Below are positions 49,771 through 57,790 of a DNA stretch of 64,000 bases, in pieces. The stretch comes from a virus, in IMG/VR virus record IMGVR_UViG_3300045988_079560; one strand, given 5' to 3'. How positions within the stretch are numbered: the first letter of the stretch is position 1; every line of letters starts with the position of its first letter. The notes under the pieces are model-generated. The model made no database searches, had not been told where the DNA came from, and saw only the letters and a list, made by a program, of their open reading frames with translations. The position numbers and the translations under genes are program-made.

Positions 49771-49804
49771 ACTCATACGGATTTCCGTAATGAAAATTGA
49801 ATAT

Positions 49805-49925
49805 GGAGAGGTGGCGGAACGGTAGACGCGGCAGTTATGTACAATACGTCATGTTCGTGGCGTTGACGGCAATATATTACAGCTTGGGGCCTGCTTCATT
49901 GATGGTTCAAATCCATCCCTCTCCA
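49805..49925 (+). tRNA. Interrupted tRNA A: canonical 74-nt tRNA if nt 49835-49881 (47 nt) are removed; predicted loop CTTGGGG (TGG, Pro)
   Basis: GGAGAGG/CCTCTCC, D arm, GATGG-TTCAAAT-CCATC; insert carries ACGTCA-TGTTCG-TGGCGT hairpin and ACGGCAAT. Confidence 0.6.
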
Positions 49926-49935
49926 TTCAAGGCGA

Positions 49936-49972
49936 TGGCGCAAATGTCCTTACAAATCAAGAAGATGCGCCA
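49936..49972 (+). ncRNA. 7-bp minihelix
   Basis: TGGCGCA-AATGTCCTTACAAATCAAGAAGA-TGCGCCA. Confidence 0.5.
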
Positions 49973-49980
49973 ATTACATG

Positions 49981-50098
49981 AGTGAGGTAGCTCAGTTGGT
50001 AGAGCACGAAAGAAAAATGGATCATGTTTGTGGTCCGAACAGCAATCTTTCATTCCATACTAAGGACGTTGTCGGCGGTTCGAGTCCGTCCCTCACTC
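49981..50098 (+). tRNA. Interrupted tRNA B: canonical 73-nt tRNA if nt 50009-50053 (45 nt) are removed, giving CGTCC-ATACTAA-GGACG
   Basis: AGTGAGG/CCTCACT, GCTCAGTTGGTAGAGC, GGCGG-TTCGAGT-CCGTC; insert has GGATCA-TGTTTG-TGGTCC then ACAGCAATC. Confidence 0.65.
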
Positions 50099-50103
50099 TA
50101 TAT

Positions 50104-50230
50104 GGCGATGTGGTGCAAAGGGAGCACAGCAACTCTGTTAAGAAGAATGTCATGTTAGTGGCATAATCAGCAAACTCCTTTCAATAACAATCCCAAGTTG
50201 CGGATAGAGGTTCGATTCCTCTCATCGTCT
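50104..50230 (+). tRNA. Interrupted tRNA C: canonical if ~nt 50134-50189 removed, giving GCAAC-ATCCCAA-GTTGC
   Basis: GGCGATG/CATCGTC, GTGC/GCAC D stem, AGAGG-TTCGATT-CCTCT; insert has ATGTCA-TGTTAG-TGGCAT then TCAGCAAAC. Confidence 0.6.
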
Positions 50231-50232
50231 CT

Positions 50233-50328
50233 GCCCCGATTGCCGGTTATGGTAAACCGGATGGAACATGGTTGACAGGAGTGTTCCTTACAGCAATCGA
50301 GCATACGGGTTCAAGTCCTGTCGGGGCA
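50233..50328 (+). ncRNA. tRNA-like RNA D: acceptor, D and T arms, anticodon arm replaced by the hairpin/ACAGCAATC element
   Basis: GCCCCGA/TCGGGGC; CCGG/CCGG D stem; GGAACA...TGTTCC then TTACAGCAATC; ACGGG-TTCAAGT-CCTGT. Confidence 0.6.
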
Positions 50329-50334
50329 ATTAAG

Positions 50335-50403
50335 TGACGCTTACAGCAATCTTTCAAAACAGAAAATGCCATTGACAATATTTTCCCGTTTGAAACAGCG
50401 TCA
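50335..50403 (+). ncRNA. Minihelix RNA with ACAGCAATC box (E1)
   Basis: TGACGCT-TACAGCAATC-TTTCAAA-ACA-GAAAAT...ATTTTC-CCG-TTTGAAA-C-AGCGTCA. Confidence 0.55.
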
Positions 50404-50425
50404 TGTAAAAAGAAAGAGGTTGCCT

Positions 50426-50662
50426 ATGAACCGAAAAGAAGATTATAGGGATATGGAAAAGTATCATAAGGCGTGTCAGAGACAGCATAGGCGATATTAC
50501 AGCAAAACGTCATTTCTATATCCGTCTCATCCGTGGACTGCGGAGGAAGATGCACTGGTAATTAAGCATGAGATTACCGATTCTGAATTGTCTGAGAAAA
50601 TTGGTCGTTCTGTCGGAGCGATACATAACAGGCGGTATGAACTTAAAAAGTTAGCCAGATAG
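50426..50662 (+). CDS. Myb/SANT-like DNA-binding protein
   Basis: HPWTAEEDALVIKHEITDSELSEKIGRSVGAIHNRRYELKK. Confidence 0.7.
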   Translation: MNRKEDYRDMEKYHKACQRQHRRYYSKTSFLYPSHPWTAEEDALVIKHEITDSELSEKIGRSVGAIHNRRYELKKLAR

Positions 50663-50678
50663 GCATAAAACTTTACAT

Positions 50679-50738
50679 GGGACACTTACAGCAACCCTTT
50701 TGGATATGACTGTTAATCATAAACCCCAATAGTGTCCT
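50679..50738 (+). ncRNA. Minihelix RNA (E2) with ACAGCAACC box and an Asn-like anticodon arm
   Basis: GGGACACT/AGTGTCCT; TTGG/CCAA; TATGA-CTGTTAA-TCATA. Confidence 0.5.
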
Positions 50739-50765
50739 GACAATGAAACAGTAAACAATTTTATA

Positions 50766-50848
50766 GGGACTCCTACAGCAATCACAATGGTTAAAGCAAA
50801 TGTCTAAAAAACAATGTGAAACGGTTCAATTCCGTAAATGAGAGTCCT
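50766..50848 (+). ncRNA. tRNA-like RNA (E3) in the 5' UTR of the TROVE gene
   Basis: GGGACTC/GAGTCCT; ACAGCAATC; ACGG-TTCAATT-CCGT T-arm-like hairpin. Confidence 0.5.
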
Positions 50849-50864
50849 GGAAAGGTAGGAAAAC

Positions 50865-52316
50865 ATGAGTTTTGCAGATGCAATGAGAGAAGAGGGTAGA
50901 TTTACCCGGACTGAAAACGGTGCAGTGGCACTGAATACCTCGGGCGATGCCCGACTGGATCTGTTTGGTACAATCGGATCGCTGAGAGAGGCTGATGAGA
51001 ACAGAATTACCACTCTGTTTGCTGAGGCATACGCACAGGACAAACTCTTTGCTACAAAGATTGCGTTCTATGCAAGAGACATTCGTGGCGGTCTTGGAGA
51101 GAGAAAGACTTTCAGAACCATTATCCGTTACATGGCAGAAAAACACCCGGAAGCACTCAGACCGAATCTTGATTTGGTTGGCGTATTCGGAAGATATGAT
51201 GATCTGTATGAGCTTATCGGCACTCCGTTGGAGGACGATATGTGGGCTGCAATGAAGAAACAGTTTGAGGAAGATTTACAGAACCTCAATGCCGGAAATG
51301 CAATTTCCTTACTTGCAAAGTGGATTAAGACCGCAGATGCAAGCAGCTCTGCCACAAGAAAACTCGGAATCCTTACGGCGCAGAAATTAGGCTATCCGGT
51401 CTACAATTTCAAGAGAATCGTCCGTAGTATGAGAAAACAGATCGGTGTCGTTGAAAGTCTTATGTCAGCTGGAAGATGGGATGAAATCAAATACCAGGAA
51501 GTTCCGAGCCGTGCGATGATGATTTACCGCAAGGCATTTATGAAACATGATGCTGAGAGATTTGGAGAGTTTATCAACAAAGCAGAAAAGGGAGAGGTAA
51601 AGATCAATGCCTCAACACTATTCCCTTACGATATTGTTGAGAAGATCCTTTACGGCAGAGAGAGCAACAAGGTACTTGAAGCCCAGTGGAAAGCATTGCC
51701 GGATTATGTGGAGAAAGGAACAAACGCTTTAGTTATGGCGGATGTGTCCGGTTCCATGAGAGGCAGACCTATGGCAACATCAATCGGTCTTGCAATCTAT
51801 TTTGCAGAGAGAAATATTGGCGCATACCATAATCTGTTTATGACGTTCTCTGGCAGACCGGAGACGGTTATTCTGAGGGGAGAAACCCTTGAACAGAAGA
51901 TACGCAACGTAAGTAAAGCAAATTGGGATATGAATACAGACCTTAAAGCTGCTTTTGAGAGAGTCCTTGAAATTGCGGAAAAACACAATACTCCACAGGA
52001 AGAAATGCCGAAAGCAATCGTTGTTATCTCTGATATGGAAATTGACTATTGCGGAAACCGTGAGTGGTCTTTCTATGACAAGATGGCAAATAAGTTCCGC
52101 AAGGCCGGTTATGTAATCCCGAACATTATCTTCTGGAATGTGAATAGCAGACACGATGTATTCCATGCAGATCACAACCGTAAAGGCGTGCAGCTTGCAA
52201 GCGGACAGTCCGTGACGGTATTCAAACAGATCCTGCAGAACCTTGGCTACAATCCGGTTGAGGCTATGGAGAATACAATCAATTCTGAGAGATATGATTG
52301 CATCACAGTCGAATAG
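50865..52316 (+). CDS. TROVE/Ro60-like RNA-binding protein with C-terminal vWA (MIDAS DVSGSMRG); could alternatively be the related DUF2828 type
   Basis: AFYARDIRGGLGERKTFRTIIRYMAEKHPEALRPNLDLVGVFGRYDDLYEL...VMADVSGSMRGRPMATSIGLAIYFAERN. Confidence 0.85.
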   Translation: MSFADAMREEGRFTRTENGAVALNTSGDARLDLFGTIGSLREADENRITTLFAEAYAQDKLFATKIAFYARDIRGGLGERKTFRTIIRYMAEKHPEALRPNLDLVGVFGRYDDLYELIGTPLEDDMWAAMKKQFEEDLQNLNAGNAISLLAKWIKTADASSSATRKLGILTAQKLGYPVYNFKRIVRSMRKQIGVVESLMSAGRWDEIKYQEVPSRAMMIYRKAFMKHDAERFGEFINKAEKGEVKINASTLFPYDIVEKILYGRESNKVLEAQWKALPDYVEKGTNALVMADVSGSMRGRPMATSIGLAIYFAERNIGAYHNLFMTFSGRPETVILRGETLEQKIRNVSKANWDMNTDLKAAFERVLEIAEKHNTPQEEMPKAIVVISDMEIDYCGNREWSFYDKMANKFRKAGYVIPNIIFWNVNSRHDVFHADHNRKGVQLASGQSVTVFKQILQNLGYNPVEAMENTINSERYDCITVE

Positions 52317-52378
52317 AGTAAATACTGACCGGGGCAAATAGCTCCGGTCAAATAAAATATAAAAGGAGATAACCACCA

Positions 52379-53287
52379 ATGAAAACACCCTACAATGAAA
52401 TTGTGAACATCGCAAGTATTGGTTCACAGACAAATCCGATTTCTCTAAATGAGATTTTGAGAAAGGCAAACGATGAGCAGCTTACACCGGCAGCGCAGAA
52501 CAAAGAGAGAGTATTGTTTCTCGGAATTGATGTGCAGCAGGACTTCATGGATAATGGAGCACTCGGAGTTCCCGGAGCACACGGCGATGTGGAGAGAATG
52601 ACACAGTTTATCTATAACAACATGGATAAAATTACAAACATTGCGGTATCTATTGATACCCACACACCACATCAGATTTTCCATCCGTGCTGGTGGATTG
52701 ATGAAAATGGCAACAATCCGGCTCCTTACACACCGATTACGCTGGCAGACCTTGATTCTGGAAAGTACAGAGCTGTTATCTACCCTCGCCAGAGCCGTGA
52801 CTATGTAGAACATTTGGAAAAAGACGGAAAGAAAACCTTATGCGTATGGTCTTACCACTGTTTACAGGGTACATCTGGTGCGGCATTTGAAAATCAGTTT
52901 GCCAACATGATTTATTTTCACTCTGTTGCAAAGAAAGCCGTTACGCAGCGTCTTGTAAAAGGACAGGACCCACTCAGCGAAATGTACGGAATTATCAAAC
53001 CTGAGTATGATACAAAGAACTACATCAATATCGACTTCCTGAACAAACTGGAAAATTACGACAAGATCATTATTGCAGGAGAGGCAAAGAGCCATTGCGT
53101 ATTGGAAAGCATTAAACAGATTCTCGAACATTACGCTAATCGCCCAGAGATCACTCAGAAAATCTATATCCTGGAAGATTGTATGTCCTCCATTCCTGGG
53201 TTTGAGGATGTTACTGAGCAGACCTTTGATGATTTTAAGAAAACGTACCATGTAAACATCGTGAAAAGCACAGACGATATTTTGTAG
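52379..53287 (+). CDS. Isochorismatase/nicotinamidase-like cysteine hydrolase
   Basis: VLFLGIDVQQDFMDNGALGVPGAHGDVERM...IDTHTPHQIFHPCWW...IIAGEAKSHCVLES. Confidence 0.88.
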   Translation: MKTPYNEIVNIASIGSQTNPISLNEILRKANDEQLTPAAQNKERVLFLGIDVQQDFMDNGALGVPGAHGDVERMTQFIYNNMDKITNIAVSIDTHTPHQIFHPCWWIDENGNNPAPYTPITLADLDSGKYRAVIYPRQSRDYVEHLEKDGKKTLCVWSYHCLQGTSGAAFENQFANMIYFHSVAKKAVTQRLVKGQDPLSEMYGIIKPEYDTKNYINIDFLNKLENYDKIIIAGEAKSHCVLESIKQILEHYANRPEITQKIYILEDCMSSIPGFEDVTEQTFDDFKKTYHVNIVKSTDDIL

Positions 53288-53299
53288 GAGGTAGCCGGT

Positions 53300-53974
53300 A
53301 TGAATGAAACAGAACAGGTAATTGACGGATTAGATGAGGTTGAGATCGCAAATACCTCTATTGATGAAATTGACAGCGAAAACATCAATTTAATTTTTGT
53401 CGGAATCGACAAGTCTGGTTCTATGGGAATGTATGAAATAGATATGGTAAAAGCTCTTTCGGATTTCAAAGATGCACTTATCAATTCCAAGGAATGTGAT
53501 GAGATTCTGGTTGCAAGAGCAGACTTCTCCGACAGTGCAACCGTAGGGGGCTATAAACGCATTACAGAATTTGACACTTCGTATAGCACCGATGGATGTA
53601 CAGCTATGTACGATACGATCATTGATGGAACTGAGAAGTTGAAAGAATACAGAGACTTCCTCAAAAATGAGGGAATGAGAGTAAAGGCCGTGTTTGCAAT
53701 TTTCGGAGATGGGATGGATAACTCTTCTCAGCCGGGAGGGTTTGCAAAGGCAAAGAAAGCGATAGAGTATCTGAACGTGGAAGAAATCGTTACTGCGTTT
53801 ATCAGTTTCGGAGGACAGGCAACACAGGAAGCGAAAGACCTTGGATTCAAGAATATCCTCGATGTAAGCAGTTCTGCATCAGAACTCAGAAGAGCTTTCA
53901 ACTGCTTATCAAAATCAGTGATTGAAAACTCCAAGAGTGCCGTATCGAAACAGGATGATTTTTTTGACGTATAA
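53300..53974 (+). CDS. vWA domain protein (TerY-like)
   Basis: INLIFVGIDKSGSMGMYEIDMVKAL; STDGCTAMYDT. Confidence 0.85.
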   Translation: MNETEQVIDGLDEVEIANTSIDEIDSENINLIFVGIDKSGSMGMYEIDMVKALSDFKDALINSKECDEILVARADFSDSATVGGYKRITEFDTSYSTDGCTAMYDTIIDGTEKLKEYRDFLKNEGMRVKAVFAIFGDGMDNSSQPGGFAKAKKAIEYLNVEEIVTAFISFGGQATQEAKDLGFKNILDVSSSASELRRAFNCLSKSVIENSKSAVSKQDDFFDV

Positions 53975-53985
53975 AAAATGAGAGT

Positions 53986-54023
53986 AGAACGGTGATCCTA
54001 AAAGGGGTTGCCGTTCTTTTTTG
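53986..54023 (+). terminator. Terminator
   Basis: AGAACGG...CCGTTCTTTTTT. Confidence 0.7.
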
Positions 54024-54037
54024 TGGGAGGAAATACA

Positions 54038-54694
54038 ATGGTTATAAATAAAATCGGTCAGCAACATATCGACTACGGTACGAATTGCCAGGACTACGGA
54101 ATTGAATTTGATGGGATGAAAGTTGTTTGCGATGGCTGTTCGGAGGGAAAACATTCGGAAGTTGGAGCAAAAGCGTTTTGCCATCTTTTGAAAAATGACA
54201 GCAGAATTATACATGAATGTAGTGTATATGCTGCCGCAGCCGCTTTTGGAGAGATACTTGGTCTATTCGGGCAGACTTCCGGCTCAATCAGAGATTTCCT
54301 TTGTTTCACGATCCTTATGGTTACTGAAAATGAGACACATTTCATGGTAGATTACTGCGGAGATGGTTTTATTGTAAAAGAACGTCTGGACGGAACGATT
54401 GAGTTTGAAGAATTATCTGACGGAGAATACCCGAAATACTTTGCCTATAATTATGTGGATAAGGATATGCTCAAACAGTACAAAGATGGTGTCATTTTTT
54501 CCACAAAGGCTTTTCCAAAAGATGAATACAGGAATATTGGTGTAGCGTCTGACGGAATACGATTTGCCATGAAAGATGAACAATTCAAGAAAGAATTTAC
54601 GGAAGCCCTGCAGAGCGGTAAGGAAGTAAGGGTAAAGAGGTTTATAAACAAACATCAGAGAGTATTCCAGGATGATACAACAATCGTATTGTAG
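54038..54694 (+). CDS. PP2C-like phosphatase
   Basis: GTNCQDYG...VVCDGCSEGKHSEVGAKAF...FSTKAFPKDEYRNIGVASDGI...DDTTIVL. Confidence 0.8.
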   Translation: MVINKIGQQHIDYGTNCQDYGIEFDGMKVVCDGCSEGKHSEVGAKAFCHLLKNDSRIIHECSVYAAAAAFGEILGLFGQTSGSIRDFLCFTILMVTENETHFMVDYCGDGFIVKERLDGTIEFEELSDGEYPKYFAYNYVDKDMLKQYKDGVIFSTKAFPKDEYRNIGVASDGIRFAMKDEQFKKEFTEALQSGKEVRVKRFINKHQRVFQDDTTIVL

Positions 54695-54703
54695 GAGGGC
54701 ATT

Positions 54704-56434
54704 ATGAAAATGGCACTAACGAGGATAGGAAAAGAAAAGATAAGACAGCTTACCCCCATAACGGAGGGAGGCGAGGGATATATCTATGAGTTTGGCAACG
54801 ATATTCTGAAAATTTACAAACCCTGTGTTGATATTGCAGCCAAGGAAAAGAAAGTTGCCATGCTCATTGACAAACCTCTGCCAAAGGAGGCTATTAAACC
54901 GATTACGGCAGTGTATGACAATAACAATAAGTTTATTGGTTACATTATGCCAAAAGCCGTAGGAGAGGAAGTAAGAGTTCTCACAAGTAAAAAATATCTG
55001 AAAGCGAATGGGATAACCACGAAAGATATTTTGGAAATTCTCGTAAAGGTACAGGACACCGTGAGAGATATACATTCTGCCGGAGTGTGTATTGGGGATC
55101 TGAACGATCAGAACATCCTCTTTGACAAAACTGGAAATGTGTACTTTATAGATTGCGATAGTTGGAGCGTGGAAGATGAAAAATGCGAAGTTTGCATGGA
55201 CTTATTCAAAGATCCATTGATGAAAGGAAATGATTTTTCAGAGGAAACAGACACATACGCAGAGGCAATTTTGATTTGGAAAACCCTTACAAGGATTCAT
55301 CCGCATGGTGGGACTGTGACACCAGATATGGATATTGTAGAACGTATGAAACGAGGAATATGCGTAATAGACAATCCAAAAGTAAAAATACCAAGAACGA
55401 TTAAACCGTGGAAAAACTTATCCCCTTATCTGGTTGATTCTCTGAAAAAGATTTTTGAGAATAAGAGCCGATCTATGGGGGATGAATTAAAACACATGGC
55501 AAAGCACCTTAAATTCTGCGATGTACACCAGGAATTTTATTATGGCAAATATGCTCGTTGTCCGCTATGTGATAATAATGCAAATGTTATTACTAAGCCG
55601 GTATCACAAGGGGTAACAGGAGGACTTACACTTATCACGATGCTCAAAGGAAACGATGTAAAAATTGTTCTAAATGAGCAGTGTTATATCAATAATGCCG
55701 GAGAAGTAGTGGAAATTAAGAATGAGAATAAATTCGCATACGAAAGCGGAATTAAATATCATTTTGCAGAGGTTGGAGCAGAGAATATTGTAATAAAAGC
55801 GGATGATAGATCGTTCTGGTTTACCACGGATAGAGAATATGTGTTTGAGAAGAAACACAAGAGTCCGATTTATGCGGCAGGAGATTCGGTATACTTCATA
55901 AGTCCTGCCAATACATTAACTTCCATTCAGATCACAAAATCAGGCAACGGAATACGGACGATTACAAAATGTGGGTATGAGAGTTACTTTGCGGTATCTG
56001 AGGGACATTCGTGTGTTGTGAGTAGATTTGCAGACAATCTCATTGTGAATCTGGATGGGAAAAATATTGAGATACCATACACTGACACTGTGAACAATTA
56101 TGGAATCCACAGGGATAAAGTAACCGGAGGATGGCTTATTGTATTAGAAAACGGAGCCGGACAGTTTTTTACCTTTGTGTGCAATGAACATGGAGTAGCG
56201 TATAGCGAGGATCGTATTAAATATCAATGTAGGCTTGGCAATGTATGTTTTTATAACTCCAATATCTCAATACCTATTGATGGGAATATCAGAATATATT
56301 CGTACCAGAAACAGGCATTTAAAGATTTTGAGTGCGAAGCCGTATCACCGGATAGCTGTTTAATCAAAGATCCCACAGCATTTACGATCATCAATGATGA
56401 AAATATTTATAGACTTGGGAGAACTGTACGATGA
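54704..56434 (+). CDS. Ser/Thr protein kinase-like protein with zinc-ribbon and C-terminal sensor region
   Basis: GGEGYIYEFGNDILKIYKP; DIHSAGVCIGDLNDQNILFDKTGNVYFIDCDSW; FYYGKYARCPLCDNN. Confidence 0.85.
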   Translation: MKMALTRIGKEKIRQLTPITEGGEGYIYEFGNDILKIYKPCVDIAAKEKKVAMLIDKPLPKEAIKPITAVYDNNNKFIGYIMPKAVGEEVRVLTSKKYLKANGITTKDILEILVKVQDTVRDIHSAGVCIGDLNDQNILFDKTGNVYFIDCDSWSVEDEKCEVCMDLFKDPLMKGNDFSEETDTYAEAILIWKTLTRIHPHGGTVTPDMDIVERMKRGICVIDNPKVKIPRTIKPWKNLSPYLVDSLKKIFENKSRSMGDELKHMAKHLKFCDVHQEFYYGKYARCPLCDNNANVITKPVSQGVTGGLTLITMLKGNDVKIVLNEQCYINNAGEVVEIKNENKFAYESGIKYHFAEVGAENIVIKADDRSFWFTTDREYVFEKKHKSPIYAAGDSVYFISPANTLTSIQITKSGNGIRTITKCGYESYFAVSEGHSCVVSRFADNLIVNLDGKNIEIPYTDTVNNYGIHRDKVTGGWLIVLENGAGQFFTFVCNEHGVAYSEDRIKYQCRLGNVCFYNSNISIPIDGNIRIYSYQKQAFKDFECEAVSPDSCLIKDPTAFTIINDENIYRLGRTVR

Positions 56435-56745
56435 AAGGAGAAAATGGTATGACAGAAGCACAGAAAAAAGCAGTTGAGGTACAGAAAGAAATCGAAGAGG
56501 CCTGCATCCGGCATGGACTTAATCTTACTATCTTTGAAAATGGGATCGGATTTGTCGATCCTAAAGAGAATAAGATTGTCATGGTGTGGAGACCAAAGTA
56601 CAAATCGGCACCGTCAGAAACACCACCTACACAGAAACCGTCCGGCGGAAATATGTCCGCTTTCATATTTGGCGGTTCAAAGGGAAGTGGCAGATTTATG
56701 GGAAACAAAAGGAAACATACAGTCAGAGGAATGAAACGGAGGTAG
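56431..56745 (+). CDS. Hypothetical protein
   Basis: ORF overlapping kinase stop. Confidence 0.55.
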   Translation: MKGENGMTEAQKKAVEVQKEIEEACIRHGLNLTIFENGIGFVDPKENKIVMVWRPKYKSAPSETPPTQKPSGGNMSAFIFGGSKGSGRFMGNKRKHTVRGMKRR

Positions 56746-56751
56746 GTTGAT

Positions 56752-57495
56752 ATGCCAAGTTTTAAATTAAAACCGGAGCACATAAAGATTATGACAGACC
56801 TTAATTTTAGAATCTCCATTTTAATAGATTCTAAGGATAGGTATAGACCGGCAATAGATGTTAAAAGACCATTCGGGAACAGCGGTCCCACAACGAATGT
56901 GTGTGAAATCATGGGATGGCACTGCGATGAAGAAAGTGGAGAATACGCTGCTGAGGATATTGAAAAAGCCGAAATGCTCATTATCGAGCTTCCAGTTGCT
57001 TTGCAGATCGTGATGCAAAACCACACATTTGAACCCGGAGAGTATGAAGTAGGGGAATATTCCTCGGCATACTTCAATTATGTTCACATTCGCAATTATC
57101 ACGCATTAAAATCTCCTATCGCAGAAATAGAGGAAAAATATAAAGACTGCGATCAAATGGAAAGGTTACATGAAGTTTGTATGAATGTATCTGGCGATAA
57201 CCCGTGGAAAGTGATTGACGATCTGAAATGGTTTGCCCGGACCGACTTTCTGGCAGATGCAATAGCGGTATTTGAAAAGCATCGAGACGAACAAGTTCTT
57301 GATGAATGGCTGAAAACACATGACGGAGAGGATTATTGCAAATATTGTCCTGAAAACGCTGAATGTCCTCATGGAATGGTTTGTTATGGTGGAGAACCTA
57401 TCGAGCCGTCTTGCTACGGAGCAGATATGAAAGAATTTCTTTACACGGACTCTATTATTGAGGATACACTGGAGGAAAGATATGGCGAAGAATAA
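56752..57495 (+). CDS. Hypothetical protein
   Basis: 247 aa ORF. Confidence 0.6.
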   Translation: MPSFKLKPEHIKIMTDLNFRISILIDSKDRYRPAIDVKRPFGNSGPTTNVCEIMGWHCDEESGEYAAEDIEKAEMLIIELPVALQIVMQNHTFEPGEYEVGEYSSAYFNYVHIRNYHALKSPIAEIEEKYKDCDQMERLHEVCMNVSGDNPWKVIDDLKWFARTDFLADAIAVFEKHRDEQVLDEWLKTHDGEDYCKYCPENAECPHGMVCYGGEPIEPSCYGADMKEFLYTDSIIEDTLEERYGEE

Positions 57496-57790
57496 CAAAC
57501 TGATAAATTCCCTGAATGAAATCGCCAGAAGAAACCGTTCACAGAATGTTGCTACCGCAGCAGATCAGATGGTTCCACAGATATATGCTGCGATTGCCAT
57601 AGCACTTCACAGAACCTATGGATTCGGATATAAGCGTATCAATGATGTGTTCGTAGAATCACAGCACATTTGGGAAAGCTATGCCGGGGACAGAGCCGGT
57701 ATGGTAAAGAAGTGTGAGGAAGAAACCGGAGTGACTGTATGTAGCCCAGAAGAGGCGCAGAGATTGATGGAGATGCAGAATGGGATGTAG
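57482..57790 (+). CDS. Hypothetical protein
   Basis: ORF with overlap. Confidence 0.55.
   Translation: MAKNNKLINSLNEIARRNRSQNVATAADQMVPQIYAAIAIALHRTYGFGYKRINDVFVESQHIWESYAGDRAGMVKKCEEETGVTVCSPEEAQRLMEMQNGM

Noticed and set aside
49797-50166. Plus-strand ORFs 49797-49985 and 49978-50166
   Set aside because: They run across the interrupted tRNA genes and have non-protein-like composition.
49835-50189. Group I or group II intron explanation for tRNA inserts
   Set aside because: Inserts of 45-56 nt lack room for a P3-P7 core or domain V; no homing endonuclease is nested in them.
50766-50848. Amber suppressor tRNA (T-CTA-AA in ...GTCTAAAAAAC...)
   Set aside because: No 5-bp anticodon stem around the triplet and acceptor/T-arm spacing is not canonical.
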